This document shows positions 13,601 to 28,600 of a stretch of 64,000 bases of DNA, piece after piece. The notes beneath the pieces were generated by a model that had not been told where the DNA came from, searched no databases, and saw only the letters and a program-made list of their open reading frames with translations. Made by a program: the position numbers and the translations under genes. Positions within the stretch are counted from its first letter, which is position 1. The number at the start of each line of letters is the position of its first letter. Origin of the DNA: Octopus vulgaris (lineage: Eukaryota); assembly GCA_951406725.2 (NCBI GenBank), contig OX597815.1, forward strand, positions 164,734,001 to 164,798,000, in the 5' to 3' direction.

Positions 13601-16600
13601 TCTTTATAAAAATCTGGAGTGTTTTATGTGGTAAATGTATTTTTACCTGCCATTCTTTTAAGCTGTTATATTACGTTCAGAATATTCATTTATGCTGGTG
13701 ATGTTGCTCTCTTTATTGCATTCTTCTCAGATCTTCAGATAATGCCGAGTAAGCTCACAGATATTTAAGGACATGCTGGTTGGCCTGAAAGTCCTCCAAG
13801 TGACAAAAATGTATCCTCGCTAGCAATCAACTGAATGGGATATCTGGAAAGAAGGCTGATTATTACTCACTCTTAAGAGATAACATCATGATACTACTTT
13901 CAGCTCTCTCTCTCTCTAATTGACTATAGATAACTGACAACTAGTACAGTACTTGTGTCTAGTTAATGTTTTCTGATGTTCTGTAACAAGCGGGAAAAAT
14001 ATTGTATTTATTCAACTAGAACTCTGGTAAAGCCAACCCCATATATGTATGTTATTTCCTACATTTTAAGACATCTTAACTTCCCACCAGGATACTTTTA
14101 ACTTGAATCTAAAAATACTTATGCTGTCCAAACAAATAAAGTCTTTGTGCACAACTAAAGTCCAAATTACAGAGTGCATTGCCAAACATTGACTGTAATT
14201 TCTAAACAGTCAATGCTGTTGTGCACTTATCCAGTCCACCTGAGCTGTCACCTCTGCAGCCACGGCTAGGAAGATTAATTATTAGAAAACTTGGTGGTAG
14301 TACTATGTTGTAACTACTGCACCTCATACTACACAGGTTATAACTACTTGACAGTGTGCATTGCAATCTCAGAGCAAAAGCAAATAGAGAATATCCAGAA
14401 TATTAAAACTTTGAACTGCTTTTGAATATATGATTGCTGAAGCATAGCCTTGCTTAAGCAGGCTATGGTGAATCAAATCAGGCTGGCTTTGGTTACTATA
14501 CAATATAACTTCATCTCTGGACATAAAATAAACAGCAGCAAGATAAGATTATTTAAGCTTTTAAGAACTATTAGCATGTTCCCTAAAATCATAAAAGTAA
14601 GGGTCAGTCTGGTGGGTGGGGTGCAAATATACTTAGATAAATGTATCTGTTTATATACAACAATATATACATAAGCACGCACACATGGATTGTATATGAC
14701 GGCATTTATTTCATTTTATTCAATTTTAGAACCTAATCCACCAATTGATGAAGTTATTTTAACTGGAGTTGTTCCAAAATTTGTTGAATTTCTTCAACGA
14801 GACGGAAACTGTTCGTTACAGGTAAAGATTACTTGCTTTTGAAATTTTACATTTTGTTTTTATTGAAAATTTTGGTCACTGTTTCAATGATACAAAAGTG
14901 GCATCACAGATTATTCTAAACATACATACACTACTACAAAATTATATTCCGAAAGCAATATTAAACTATACTAACCAAAAGATTTAATTTTAAATGTATT
15001 AAAGAAGCATGTAAATCAATTTATAGGCAGCCATATACTTTGTGCAAGTTATATTACCTCTTCACAACATTGGGTACCAAACTAAAGGAACCAACTTTCA
15101 GGATGATTAGAAATGTTGATTTATGATAATTTTATTTAATGAAATCCTTGTCAGTTTTAGAACCTTTGTTATATGATTGTAACCTCAAGAAAAGTTTTAA
15201 CTGATAGAAATTTTCATCAAATATTTCATTCTTAATTTTATTTACTTGCCGTGTAAGTACATATGTCTAATTTCATACACACCTTTCCCTGAATTCCCTT
15301 GTTTGTCTTCATCATCCCTCTCTATTTTGGTAGTTACCTGTGTGTTTGTATCTATGTTTAGTTGAAAGTATATGTGTGTGTTATCGTCATCATCATTAAA
15401 TATCTCTTTTTCCATACTGGCATGAGTTGGATGATTTGACAAGAATAGCAAGTCAGAAGGCTCTGCTAGGTTCTATGTCTGTTTTTGCATGGTTGCCCTT
15501 CCTAATGCCAACCACTTAAAAGTGTTTTTTTTACCTGGCACCAGCATCGGTGAGGTCACCAAGTACCCACAAGATAAGACCTCTCAACTGAGCATGATAT
15601 AGACTGGAGAAAGAGACTGTGATTGAGGGAGAGGAGCAGGTGTGTTGCTGAAGAGGTAAATACATGACTTGCCCACCTGGAACACGAAAGAGAGAGACAT
15701 GTGAGGTTCAGGTAAAATGTGAATATGAGACTGAACAGGAAGTGCACAATGTGAAAATACCATGACAGATAATTAGTTAGGGAATGAGTTTGGACACAAC
15801 ACAGAGAATATCAGTTCAGTGTAGTCGAAAGTGAAGAAAATAGAAAATGAGTTGTGGAGGAAGGCTTGACAGAGCCTTGATTCTGCTGAGATGGATAGGT
15901 CTTCTCAAATACAGAATAACACCATTCATCTGGGTCCTCTGTCATCTCCTCTTGAGAGGCTCAATGTCTTAAGGTCAGTCTTCACCACTTTGTCCCATGT
16001 TTTCTTACATCTACCTCTTCCACATTTAGTGATTGGCACTTCTTTATATAGCTGTCCTCATCCATCCACATCACATGATCACACCATTGCTCTACGTTTG
16101 ATGCCTTTTATCTCCAATTTTTCTTTAAGCACTGCTCATCCATCAGAGCATACTTGTTTCACTTCATTCATTCAAGTCTTCACAAGTTCTATGCATTCAC
16201 AGCCCAAGTTTCACAGCCATGTTGCATTACTACTTGTACATGGGCATCATACAAATTGCCTTTCATTCTGTGAGAGAGGCTTTTTGTTACCAAAATAGGT
16301 CAAAGTTGTCTGAACTTACTCCAGCCAATTCGTATTATGCGTGTGTGTGTGTTTATATATTCTAAACCAGCACCCTCTTGTGCCAATTACAAAAAGTATT
16401 CTGGAGTTAAGGGAAGCACAACCAGTATTTTGTGTGTGTTTTTGATAAAGCAGTTAATTAATTTCATTTTAGCATTCGGTTTGCAAGATTTTTTATGTGA
16501 ATTCGTGTGTTGAAGCATATTTTATTGTGTCTGCGGAGAGTCATCTTCTTTTAGTGCCTTGTTATTTAACACACTCCCAGGTTCGATTTCCACTCATTTA

Positions 16601-19600
16601 TTTTTCCTAAAATGTTTGTTGCACTTTGCAACCTCTTCAATAGTCATTGACTCTGTCTGTTAATGTTACATGTAAATAAATAATAGTATTTGTTAAAATC
16701 TTTTATTTGCATTATCTTGATTTTCATAAGTTGTTTTATTTCAGTTTGAAGCTGCATGGGCTTTAACTAATATTGCTTCTGGTACATCTATTCAAACAAG
16801 AGTAGTAATTGAGGCTGGAGCAGTTCCTATATTCATCAAACTTTTGGAATCTGAAATAGAAGATGTGCAGGAACAGGTCATTTATTATTTCATTATATTA
16901 ATTCAATTAAAGCATTTTTTTGTTGAACACAAAACCCATTAAAACATATATTATGCAATATTGGGCTACAACTCCATTAGAAAAAAATAAGTTTTAAAAT
17001 AATGTACATATATTAAAATTTGAATAGAAAAAAATAAATGCCATGTGAGTTGTTTGTCTTTTCTCTCTTTTTTTTTTTTTTGTCATGTTTATGTCATATG
17101 TGTTTATGTTTGTATGTAATTAATATGTATGTTATTTTCACAGTCTTGCCAAATTTACTTCATTTGTCACTTTAACCTTTTCGTTACCAACCCAGCTGGA
17201 ACCGGCTCTGGCTCTGAGTACTAATTATCTTGTTTTCATAAGTTTTGAATTAAAATCTTCCACCAAATTTTATTCACAATTTATGTTCCTAACACTAGCT
17301 TAATGATAACTGAGTTATTTTACTAAATTTTTTGTTATATTTAAAATAATTGAAAGAAACACAGAGCATCTCAAGATAAATACAGTAATGAAAGGGTTAA
17401 AGAAATTTATTTATTCACTCAAAAGAATAGAACTTCTGAATCCATTTGAAATGTTTAATGCTTTTTAAAGACTGGAACTTATTTCTTAAAATATTAATCC
17501 AAATAGTTTTAAATTTTTTTATATTCTGATTGATTTCTCTTTTAATTTCATATTTTAACTTTCTAAAATATTATTTTAAACTTCCATTCTCAGGCTGTGT
17601 GGGCTTTAGGAAACATTGCAGGAGATAGTCCAGAATGTCGAAACTATGTTTTGAATGAAGGCATATTGGTACCACTTTTACAGTGAGCTTATTGATTTTA
17701 TTTTCAATATAATGTCTGAAAGTAGAAAATAAAACATGATATAACAATTTTTTCTTCCAAATAACATGACCATGTTGCAGGAATTAGGTAAAAATTTCGA
17801 ATTGAACTAAAATGCTGCAAAATTCAGGATTACCTTGTAGTTTTCTCTTAAACATTAACTAAAATTCATCTGAAAATAATGCTGACCCCTTTTTATACAA
17901 GTTCACTTTGTATATGTACTAGAGGACCCAAGCTGTTGGTAATGTTGGAGTTATTGTCGAAAAAGTTACCTAATAAAAGTTGATAATGAGAAGAATAGGA
18001 AGTAAATTTAAAAAAATGCCAAAATAACAGGGAAATAAGAAAACTATATTTATCATTCCCAAAATGCTATACAGGTATGATTCACAGCAGAAGTTTATGA
18101 ACAACATTTCTTTGTAGACATAAGGAGGCACTAACACACCTTGGCCTTTTGAATTTTCAGTCTGTAATTTCAAAGTGTTCCTTACCCTAACCCAGATCAG
18201 GTCATTTCACACTGTAGACTATATAGATACTACAGTAGACAGCACACTAAAATAGCATTGAAATTTCTTATGGCTGTTGCAATGCTGGGTGAATTATCTG
18301 AATTTATGAACATTAAAATATTGAGACAATAAATATAACAGAATGAACTTCTGAATGCAAAAAATAAACAGAATTCCTGCAAAAGGAGATCTTAGAAAGA
18401 TTTTTATTTGTCTTCGTGATTCCTTAATCAAACTTAAGTGTCATTGTTCTATAGTATGACAGCAATGTACCTTTATGATGATAAAGAAATCTCATATAAA
18501 TGTTGTGTGCATGGCAAATCATCAAAATTTATGAATATTAAGACGTTATTTAAACATTAAGAAAGGAAAATGAAATTCAAATGCAAAAGACAAACAGAAC
18601 AACTAAATAGACGCTGTTGCAGTAAGAAAGTAGCAACACTATTGGTTAACTAAGAAAGCTTCAAGTTGTTTCATTAAGCTCTATGATACTAATATCATTA
18701 ATGTATTGATAATTGATTTAAATAATGTTAAATACTTTACTTAGGAAGTTCTGATTTAATCAAAATAAACTTTGTATTTACATGCATTTGTTTGATTTAC
18801 TGATAGCCTTAATTATTTTTTCACCCCCTTTAGGTTGCTTAGCCAACTTCCAAGTTTATCTATGACTAGAAATGCAGTATGGTGCTTATCCAATTTGTGC
18901 AGGGGGAAAAATCCTCCACCTGACTTTGCAAAGGTAAACAATTATTTGTAACTTTTAAATGGAAACTTAATTTCATTAGCTATTACTTTCTGTAGTTGGT
19001 AAATAATGCTAACTTGCATGCGCACACACTTGTTCCTGTACTGTTAGACATTACACTTTTTCTTGTGTTGTATCTCTTGCATCTTCAATGAGAGAACTGG
19101 CTATAGTCTCCATCTGATTTTGATGATTACAACAACCTGATATTTACAAGGACTCCAGTTTGCAACATTTGGTTTGGTAATTTATTGAGAGAATTACTGA
19201 ATTTAATTCAGAATAAAACTAATATGAATAACGTGTTTATACCAAGCTGTAACATTACCTGCTGTATCAGATGCAGGCATAGCTGTGTGGAAAGAAACTT
19301 GCTTCCCAACCACATGGTTCTGGGTTTGGTCCCACTACTTCGGGCAAATGTCTTAGTACCAAGCTTAAAAATATGAGTACTGGGGTCATTTCATTCAACC
19401 AAAAATTCATCAAGGCAGTGCCCCAACATAGCTGCTGTCTAATGACTGAAACAAGTAAAAGATATAAATGTATTTTTGCAAGAAAAATAATAATTAAATA
19501 ATAGAATAGCAAGTTTTTTTATAATTTAATGCTACTCTATAATCCTGTCTGAAATTACCTACACCATAGTAGACCAATTCCTAAAACAATCATGCAACTG

Positions 19601-22600
19601 TCAAGATAGAAAGAAAGTATTCATTAGATTAAGGTTAAAACAGTTCTATGTAAGCTTTAAATAAGTTATTTGAGCATACCTATAAAAGCCTTGTGAGTGG
19701 ATTTGGTAGACAGTAATTCAAAGAAGCCCATTTATATCTATATGTGGTCAGTCCAAAGCTATTGTAGAGGACACTTGTCCAAGGTGCCACACAGTGGACT
19801 TGAACCCAGAAACATATGGTTGGGAAGCAAACTTCTTACCACACAGTCACTCCTGCACCTACTATATATATATTTATTCACATGCACACACACATTAGCA
19901 AAATGTAAACAAAATATAAAAGAATATTCAATGTCTTAAAGATGGCAGTGTATTTGGGCATAGTTAGTTCAACTACCCAGAGAGCTCTAAGCTGCTGACA
20001 GTGTAAATGGCAGAGAAGTTGTCACTGTTCTATAATAGTTGATGAAGGAAGAGTGAGTGAAGCTTGTGGCTAGGTGGGAAATGTGAGAGATGGAAGAGGC
20101 AAGCTTAAAATTAAGAACCTCAACTGACCTAAGTTGGCTTTTAATGATGCTAAAGGGACTTTTGATTCACCATTTAAAATTTGAATTTATTCATCCATAA
20201 CATTAGCTTGTATTTGCATAGGAAAAATATTTTATTGCAATCTATATTTCATTTAAATTCTAAACCTTTAGCATTTAAACCAGCCAGATCCAACACCTCA
20301 CATCTACCCTACAAAGTAATTCCAAAAATAAACAATTACATAACTGAAATCTTGAAGCCACAAGATAATGCATGATTAATTCAAAACAACATGAATAAAT
20401 AATTATTATGTTTAATAGAGTGATCTGAATACTAATGGGTTAAGCTTCATTTTTATAAATTTGCCTTTCAAAAATATCTTCTTATTCTTAATATTTCTTT
20501 CAGGTTTCTCCTGCTCTTCCTGTGTTGGCTCGTTTATTATACCATGCTGATAAAGATGTCCTTGCAGATGCTTGTTGGGCCTTATCTTATTTGTCTGATG
20601 GGCCAAATGAAAAGATACATGCAGTAATAGATGCTGGTGTTTGCCGTCGTCTGGTTGAACTTTTAGTGTAAGTGCTCAGTTTAGTTTCTTTATTATCATG
20701 CAGTGGGTAAATTTTTAAATGGTCTCTTCTGTTTTGCATCTTATACTATAAAAACCCATGTAATTTGTGCACCTGTGTAATTTACACAGATGATTTTCAG
20801 GATAAAGATTATTTTTTAAAAAAAGCTTCTACTCATGTAAAATTCGCATCTAAAAGTTTTCAGAATTGCCGATATGGCCAGAGGAAAAGGTTTTTAATTT
20901 AGTTGTATTTAGCATAATTTTTGTTTAACAGGTATCACATTGAAAGATGTATGTCTTCTCAAATCACAATCACAGGAAAAGTTGTTGATAATTCTTATCA
21001 ACAAAAAAAAAAGCTGATAAATATGCACAAATGTTGCAAAATAAGTTTAATTACCAATAAACATCAACTGACCAATCAAACTGATTATGTAAACAGAATT
21101 CTGATTGGTTGAAAGTGTCTTCTTGTCTCAAGCTCTGACTTTCTGCCTATTCTTGTTAGAACCTTTGATACTGAGTATCAAAAGCTCACACTTATAAAAT
21201 GTCGAGCAAACTTTAAAATTTGTCATTACTGTTTTACCCAGGAGACCAAACTGATAGTTTGGTAACCCGCTAAAATAAACATTAAAAATCAAAAGGATAA
21301 AATAAACAACATTGCAAGTTTAATTAGTACTTATTGAACGAGAGAGGTGCGAAATTTAAGAAGCGACTTGTGAGGAGACATAAACAAGAATAGCAAAAAT
21401 CTACTATATCAAAAGAACTGGTAATACATATAAGGGTTATATGAAGAAAACATAAGACTGCTGCATAATTCAACATGAATGTGAAACGACATTAAGCATT
21501 ATATAAGGTAAATTAAGGTTTCTGTAGGAAAGCTAAGTCATATTCACTTAGTGAGTTTACATGCGCAAGGATGAACTATGATGTTGTCATTGGCCTTAGA
21601 TGCAGTAAGAGCTGGTAGTGGTGATGTCGGTGGTGATGAATTTCATTGTCCTAACGCAGAGAAAGTGAGCAAAAGCTTCCGGGGGTAAACCCAAGCTAGA
21701 CTTCTTAAGCAGAGAAAAACTGATCTATTTAAGGAAATGGCTGGATTCCAAGCAATGTAAAATATGGCCCAGACCATAATTACCAGCATGAACGTCAAAC
21801 TTCAAAATGTAGTTAACCATTTAATGGTTTTAGTAAATTTATACAGAAAAAGTAAGCATTATACCGTCAAACAAATAAAAGTCAACTTCATTATATTTTT
21901 TCTGTAAAAACCTATTCTGACATTAAATGAATCAGCTTCTGGTACGAATGTTTACATTTGTACATCTTTTTTCAACAAAAAGAAATTCTGGAAACGATCT
22001 ACTCATATAATTTATGCACCTCCTAAAGTTTATTTTTGTTTTACATGGGTTTTTACGGTAATAAAAATTCTAAAATATTAACAAACAAGACATGGAATTT
22101 AAAATATTCATTTAAATTATTTAATTAGTAATCGAACCTAAAATACAAAGCTATTAAACTTTAAATCTGTTTAATTAAAATTATCCAAGTTGAATTGATT
22201 GATTGATCAAGTTTTTCTTCAATTTTCTAGAAATTCCAACTTGTGTGTTGTTTCGGCAGCTCTACGTGTTGTTGGTAACATTGTTACTGGTGATGACTAT
22301 CAAACACAGGTGATTATTTAATCAAATAATTTTACTTTCCATTTTCTTTACTGTCTTATATTTTAGTATCTTCGAGCATCTTTTTAAGCCTCAAAGCAGG
22401 GGTTGGCAAACCGGGGTAAATTACTAGTGGAAACGGAACAATAAAAGTGAAATTAGTGGTGCAGGCATGGCTGTGTGGTAAGAAGCTTGCTTCTCTATCA
22501 CATGGGTTCAGTCCCACTGCGTGGCAAGTGTTTTCTAATATATGCCAGGCCAACCAAAGCTTTATGAATAGATTTGATAGACAGAAACTGAAAGAAGCCC

Positions 22601-25600
22601 ATCGTACATGTGTGTGTGTGTGTGTGTTAGCATCTGTGTTAGTCCTCCTCCTCCCACCCCACTCCATCACTACTTGACAACTAATGATGGTGTGTTTAGT
22701 CCCTGTAACTTAGCAGTTCGACAAAAGGGACCAATAGAATAAGTACTAGGCTTTTAATAAAAAGTCCTTGCGGATCAATTTCTTCAACTAAAACCCTTCA
22801 ACATGGTGCTCCAGCATGGCTGCAGTCAAATGACAAACAGTTAAAGGATAAAAGAATTAGTGAGTAATCGTGATTTAGATTTACTCTATGGCCAACAAAT
22901 ATTTAGTAGATTAATCAAGTTACAAAATAATAAAATTCTTATGTTGTTGTGGTTCTTAACTGGAGTCCATAAGGCCCTTGGGGGCCTATATAAGATTTTG
23001 TTAAAGTTCATGTGCAATAAATTGCTTATGCTTCTATAATACACAAAATATTTCAAAATTTCTGTAATACAATTCCTAATAATATTTAAACATAAAAAAT
23101 TAATAGTTGTTATTAGACCTCAAATGGGTATAAGGCCACTAAGTAATAAGAGATATATTTAGTTTTACTGAATCAATTCCTGTACTCATTTTGTTGGTCT
23201 TAAAGACGAAAAGAGAAAGCTAACCTTAGAGGAGTGAAATTATTTAACATAAAAATCTGAAACTGGGTGCTACTTGTATTTAGTGTGTTGTTTTTATCAC
23301 AGCACCTTCTAAAGTCTTTGAATATGAAATTATAATAACAAAGTGACTAAATTTCCTTCGACTTTTTTTTTTTTCGGTCCAAGGGTTTTTTATTTTTTAA
23401 CCCAATATTCTACATCCTACTATTTATCTACAGTTAAAAACAATTTGCTTCATATCTTTCAAAGGTTCTAAATTCTTATAATGACAAGATAGTATCATCA
23501 TTTCATTTAATATGCACTTTCCATGCTAGCATGGGTAGGATGGTTTCACAAGAGCCAGCTAGATAGAAGCCTGCACCAGACTTCTGTGACTGTTTTGGCT
23601 GGACTTTTACAGCTGGATGCCCTTCCTAACACCAACCACTCAGCAGAGTGGACTTAGTGCTTTTTCCCTGGCACAAGCACAGGCGAAGTCAGTTTTGGCA
23701 AGGTTTTTACAGCTGGATGCCCTTCCGAACACCAATCACTTTACAGTGTGGACTGGGTGCTTTTAAGTGACACTACACTGACAGAGTCACCTAGTACTTG
23801 CAAGACAAAAAAAAACTTTAAATATAGTGCTCAGACTGGATCAGATACCTAAAGTCAAACATTGAACTATGGGAGAACTGTTTTTATTAGCTAAAAGGAA
23901 ATGGTTAAGTCTTGGAAAGTTTCTGTTTGTATCGGATGTCTAAGTTTGCTAAATTTTGTATAATAAATTGTGATTAATGATCAGGTTGCTTACCTTGTTA
24001 AAGTGATTGATTTTTTTTTTTCCCCCTCACTGTTTCAGTCATTGGACTATGACCATACCAGGGCTCTGCTTTGAAAGGTTCATGGTCAAACAAGTCAGCC
24101 CCAGTACATATTTATCATTCTTATTTTTGCAAAACCATTAATGAAGGCATAAACAGATCAACACCACTTGGCATGTAGTAGTAACATAAAGACAGATTTC
24201 AGAGAGAAAGACAAACACCACACACACACATGAGAAAAAATTTCTTCACAGTTTCCATTTACAAATTCACTTACAAGGCATTGCTCAAAAGATACAATAT
24301 ACTGTGGTTTCAAAGTCGGTTGTTTAACTATACAGGCATACCTGGTGGATTTTTATTTTTCCAGTGATGTAAAGCAGCAGTTTTTGATGATCACTTGTTG
24401 AATGTTTTCTCCAGTATACAAACTTTCAAAATATTACACATTTTACATTTCTAATCTACCATCCATTCTTTTCCCAGGTTATTTTGAACTGCTCTGCATT
24501 ACCATCATTGTTACTTCTGTTGGGCAGTTCTAAAGAAGCTGTTCGGAAAGAAGCATGTTGGACAATATCTAATATTACTGCAGGAAATCGAATGCAGATA
24601 CAGGTAATAATAATTCTTGCTAATTTTGGCACAAGGCCAGCAATTTCAGGGAAGTGGGTTAGTTGAATACATCAATCCCAGTATTCAACTGATACTTATT
24701 TTATCAATCCTGAAAGGATGCAAATTTAAGCTGACCTTAGCAAAATTTAAACTCAAAAACATGTCAGACAAAATGCCATTAAGCATTTTGACCAAATATT
24801 AACAATTCTGCCAGTTCATTGCCTAAATAATAATTCTTTTTAACTTTTACATAAGGGAGGGGCAAGTCAGCTATATTGACCCTTGTGCTCAACTGGTATT
24901 ATTTTATCAACCCTGAAAGGATGGAAAGCAAAATCAATCTCTGTAAAATTTCAACTTAGAATGTAATGAGCCTGAAGAAACACTACCAAGCATTTTGTCT
25001 AATGTGCTGGTGAAATGCTTAGCAGTATTTCATCTGTTGCTACGTTCTGAGTTCAAATTCCACCGGGGTTGACTTTGCCTTTCATCCTTTTGGGGTTGAT
25101 TGAATAAGTACCAGTTACACATTAGGGTCAATGTAATCAACTTAATCTCTTACCCCCCAAATCTGAGGTCTTGTGCTTCCAGTAGAAAGGATTATTAAGG
25201 CATTTCTGCCAATTTGCTGCTTTAATAATAAAAATAATAATAATAATCTTTTCTGCTATAGGCACAAGGCCTGAAATTTTGGTGGTGGGGATTACTTCGA
25301 CTCCTGTTTTCAACTAGTACTTATTTCATCAACCCCGAAAGGATGAAATAATAATTAATAACTATCTTTAGTGTTATTTTCTACTGTTGTCTTTTAATAA
25401 GTTAACAATTTTACAAGTTCTGAGAAAATTTAACTGAAGTTTTGATAGAAAAAATCTAAAGCTAATTCATTTGTTTTATTTCTAGGCTGTGATTGATGCC
25501 AACATATTTCCAGTTTTAATTGAAATTCTTGGTAAAGCAGAGTTTAAAACAAGAAAAGAGGCTGCTTGGGCCATAACAAATGCTACGTCTGGAGGCTCTC

Positions 25601-28600
25601 CAGAACAAATTCGGTATGATCTTATATAATATCAAACATCACTTCAATAAGAATGGTTGAATTACTTTAAATTAACTGTCTGTTTCTTCTATCATTCTTT
25701 CTAAAAAAAAGTTTGTTTTAAATTACATTGTATCAGGTTGAGTAAAAAGTAAGCAACATTTTGAACCATGAAGAATTTGTATCAGATTTTTGCAGGGTTT
25801 CGAATTTTTTTAAAACATTTTCTTTGCAATTGTCTTATAATACTGACATGCACTTGCCTAAATGCATCGATAAATTAATATTGATATTTTTTCACCATTG
25901 TTACAATCATCGGAAATGGAACTATCAGCGTGATATTTGAGCAATTTTGTTATTCAACTTCAAAAAAGGATGTAAAGCAGCTGAAACTGCCAGCAATATC
26001 AATGAAAACATTTGGTGAAGAAATGACCAGTGAGTGGTCAGCTCGAAAACGCTTTAAATGATTTCACAGTGGAGACCTGAGCCTTGAAGATCATGAGTGT
26101 AGTGGACGTCCATCTGTCATCGATGACGGTCAATTAAAGACCATCATTGAGAAAGATCCATGTAAAACCACTTGAGAACTGTCAAAAGAACTTCAAGTTA
26201 CCCAGAAAACTGCCTGCAACCTTTTAAGTGCAATCAGAAAATGCACAGGTATGAAATTTGCTTGTCGCTTCTTCTCCATAACTAGACTGATCCATTTCTC
26301 GACTGTATTGTAACTTGCGATGAAAAGTGGATTCTGTACAGTAATGTAAAACGTTCTTCACAGTGGTTGGATCAAAATGAAGCACTGAAAACCTTCCCTA
26401 AACCCAAGCTATTCAAAAAGAAGGTTATGGTGACAGTTTGGTGGTGTCCTGCTAGAACTCGTCCACTATAGCATCTTAAAACCCAGAAAAACCATTACTG
26501 CAGAAATATATTGCCATGAAATTGCCAAAATGAATGAAAAACTGCTACTCCTCCGTCCCAGACTGGCCAACAGAAGAGGGCCAATCCTTCTTCATATGAC
26601 TGCTTGATCACACATTTCACTAATGATGCTCCAGAAGTTGAGGGCACTTGGCTACAAACTTCTTCTCCACCCAGCTTATTCCACAGACCTTTCTCCTACT
26701 AACTACCACTTTTTCAAGCACCTTGATGGTTTCCTTTGAGAAGAAGAGTTCAAAAATCAAGCCGATGCTGAAAGGGCATTCAGCTCCAGAACTCCCATTT
26801 TTACGTTACCGGAATAAACTTGTAACTCATTGGCAAAAATGTGTTGATTGCAATGGTACTTACTTTGTATAAAATTTCTGCATTGTTAAAATAGATTGTG
26901 ATGAATTTCGTGTTTCAAAACGTTGCATACTTTTTACTCAGCTTGGTATAATTAAATATATTTTGTAGAATACCATTTTTTTCATTTCACTTTTTAGTTT
27001 ATAAAAGAAACTTAAATAGGCATAGGTGTGGTTGGGTGATAGTTTTGCCTCTTGACTGCATGGTTTCAGGTTGAATCACTTAAAAATCAAGGTCCAGATG
27101 ATAATAGCACCCACAATCAGTTTGAAAGAAACAACCGTGGTGAGAGATCATCAACAAACTAAATGTGGTGGTCTCAGAAAAGTTCATTCCAAACAAATAT
27201 GGCTGGGCACTCCATCAGTTACGCTGATGAGCATCCCAGTTGATACAATCATCAGAACAGCCTGCTCATGAAATCCATATGCAAGAGTAGCTGAGCACTC
27301 CATAGACATGCATACCCTTAATGTAGTACTCAGGGAGACTCAACATGACACACCAAATGTGATATGGCTGGCATATTGAACTACAGGTACAGCTCAGTTT
27401 TGCCAACTGAGTGCACTGAAACAACTGGAAATAAAGGGTCTTGCTCAAGAACACAGTACACCATTGGGGATCAAATTCATGACCTTACAATTGTGAGCCA
27501 AAATACACTTTCAGCCAAAAGAATATAGCACACAAAAAAACCCAGACCTTATACAGAAATCCTTATCTTGCATTATATAAATTGTTATTAGACCATAACT
27601 TAGTCTTTCGTCTCCATTGTGCATTTTGTCAGAGTCACTGCTCATCAGGTGCTAACTGTGACATGCATGACAGGTAGGGAGCACTGAGTGAACTTGACAA
27701 AAGTCTTTTAACAGTTCGTCCTCCCATTGAGAAAAAGTTATTTAATTACTCTTTGCTGAAACACAGCCAGCCTATATGGATTTTAGTCAATTTTATTGTT
27801 AGCCCTTTGTTTGATGCCCCAAAAAGTGGAACAACAAAGAGGAGTTGAGTTTAGTGGAATTTAAAACAAAATAAATATAACATAACTCAGTAATTTTGCT
27901 CACAGAACAAAATGAAAACCTGTAAGACATGTAGCATGGCATTCTATAGTTCCTTATTTCTTTATTGCCCACAAGGGGCTAAACATAGCGGGGACAGACA
28001 AAGGGATTAAGTCGATTACATCAACTTCAGTGCGTAACTAGTACTTAATTTATCGACTCCGAAAGGATGGAAGGCAAAGTCGACCTCGGCTGAATTTGAA
28101 CTCAGAATGTAACGGCAGACGAAATACCGCTAAGCATTTCGCCCGATGTGCTAACGTTTCTGCTAGCTCGCTGCCTTATACATTCTATAGTTTCTATCAT
28201 TATACCTTCTTATGTGACTTAATAATATCCAAAAGTCTTTGTACAAGGCCTATATTTCCTACACATAGTTCAGATATGATTACCAAGTTCCAATGTCTTC
28301 AGTTAATATAAGAGCAAAACTCTTACTCTCGGTAAAACACATTTCTTACATGATGTTTAGAATAGAAAAATAATTTTTACATTTGAATTTTTTTTTTCAG
28401 CTGTTGAATGTCGGGATAAATCTTTTTTTAAATTTTAAACTTTTCACTTTTGTTTTTTTTATTCATAGATTTCTTGTGGAACAGGGATGCATTCTTCCTT
28501 TATGTAACTTGTTGACTGTTATGGATAGCAAAATTGTTCATGTTGCTCTCAATGGTCTAGAGAATATTTTACGCCTTGGAGAACAAGATGCTAAATTACA

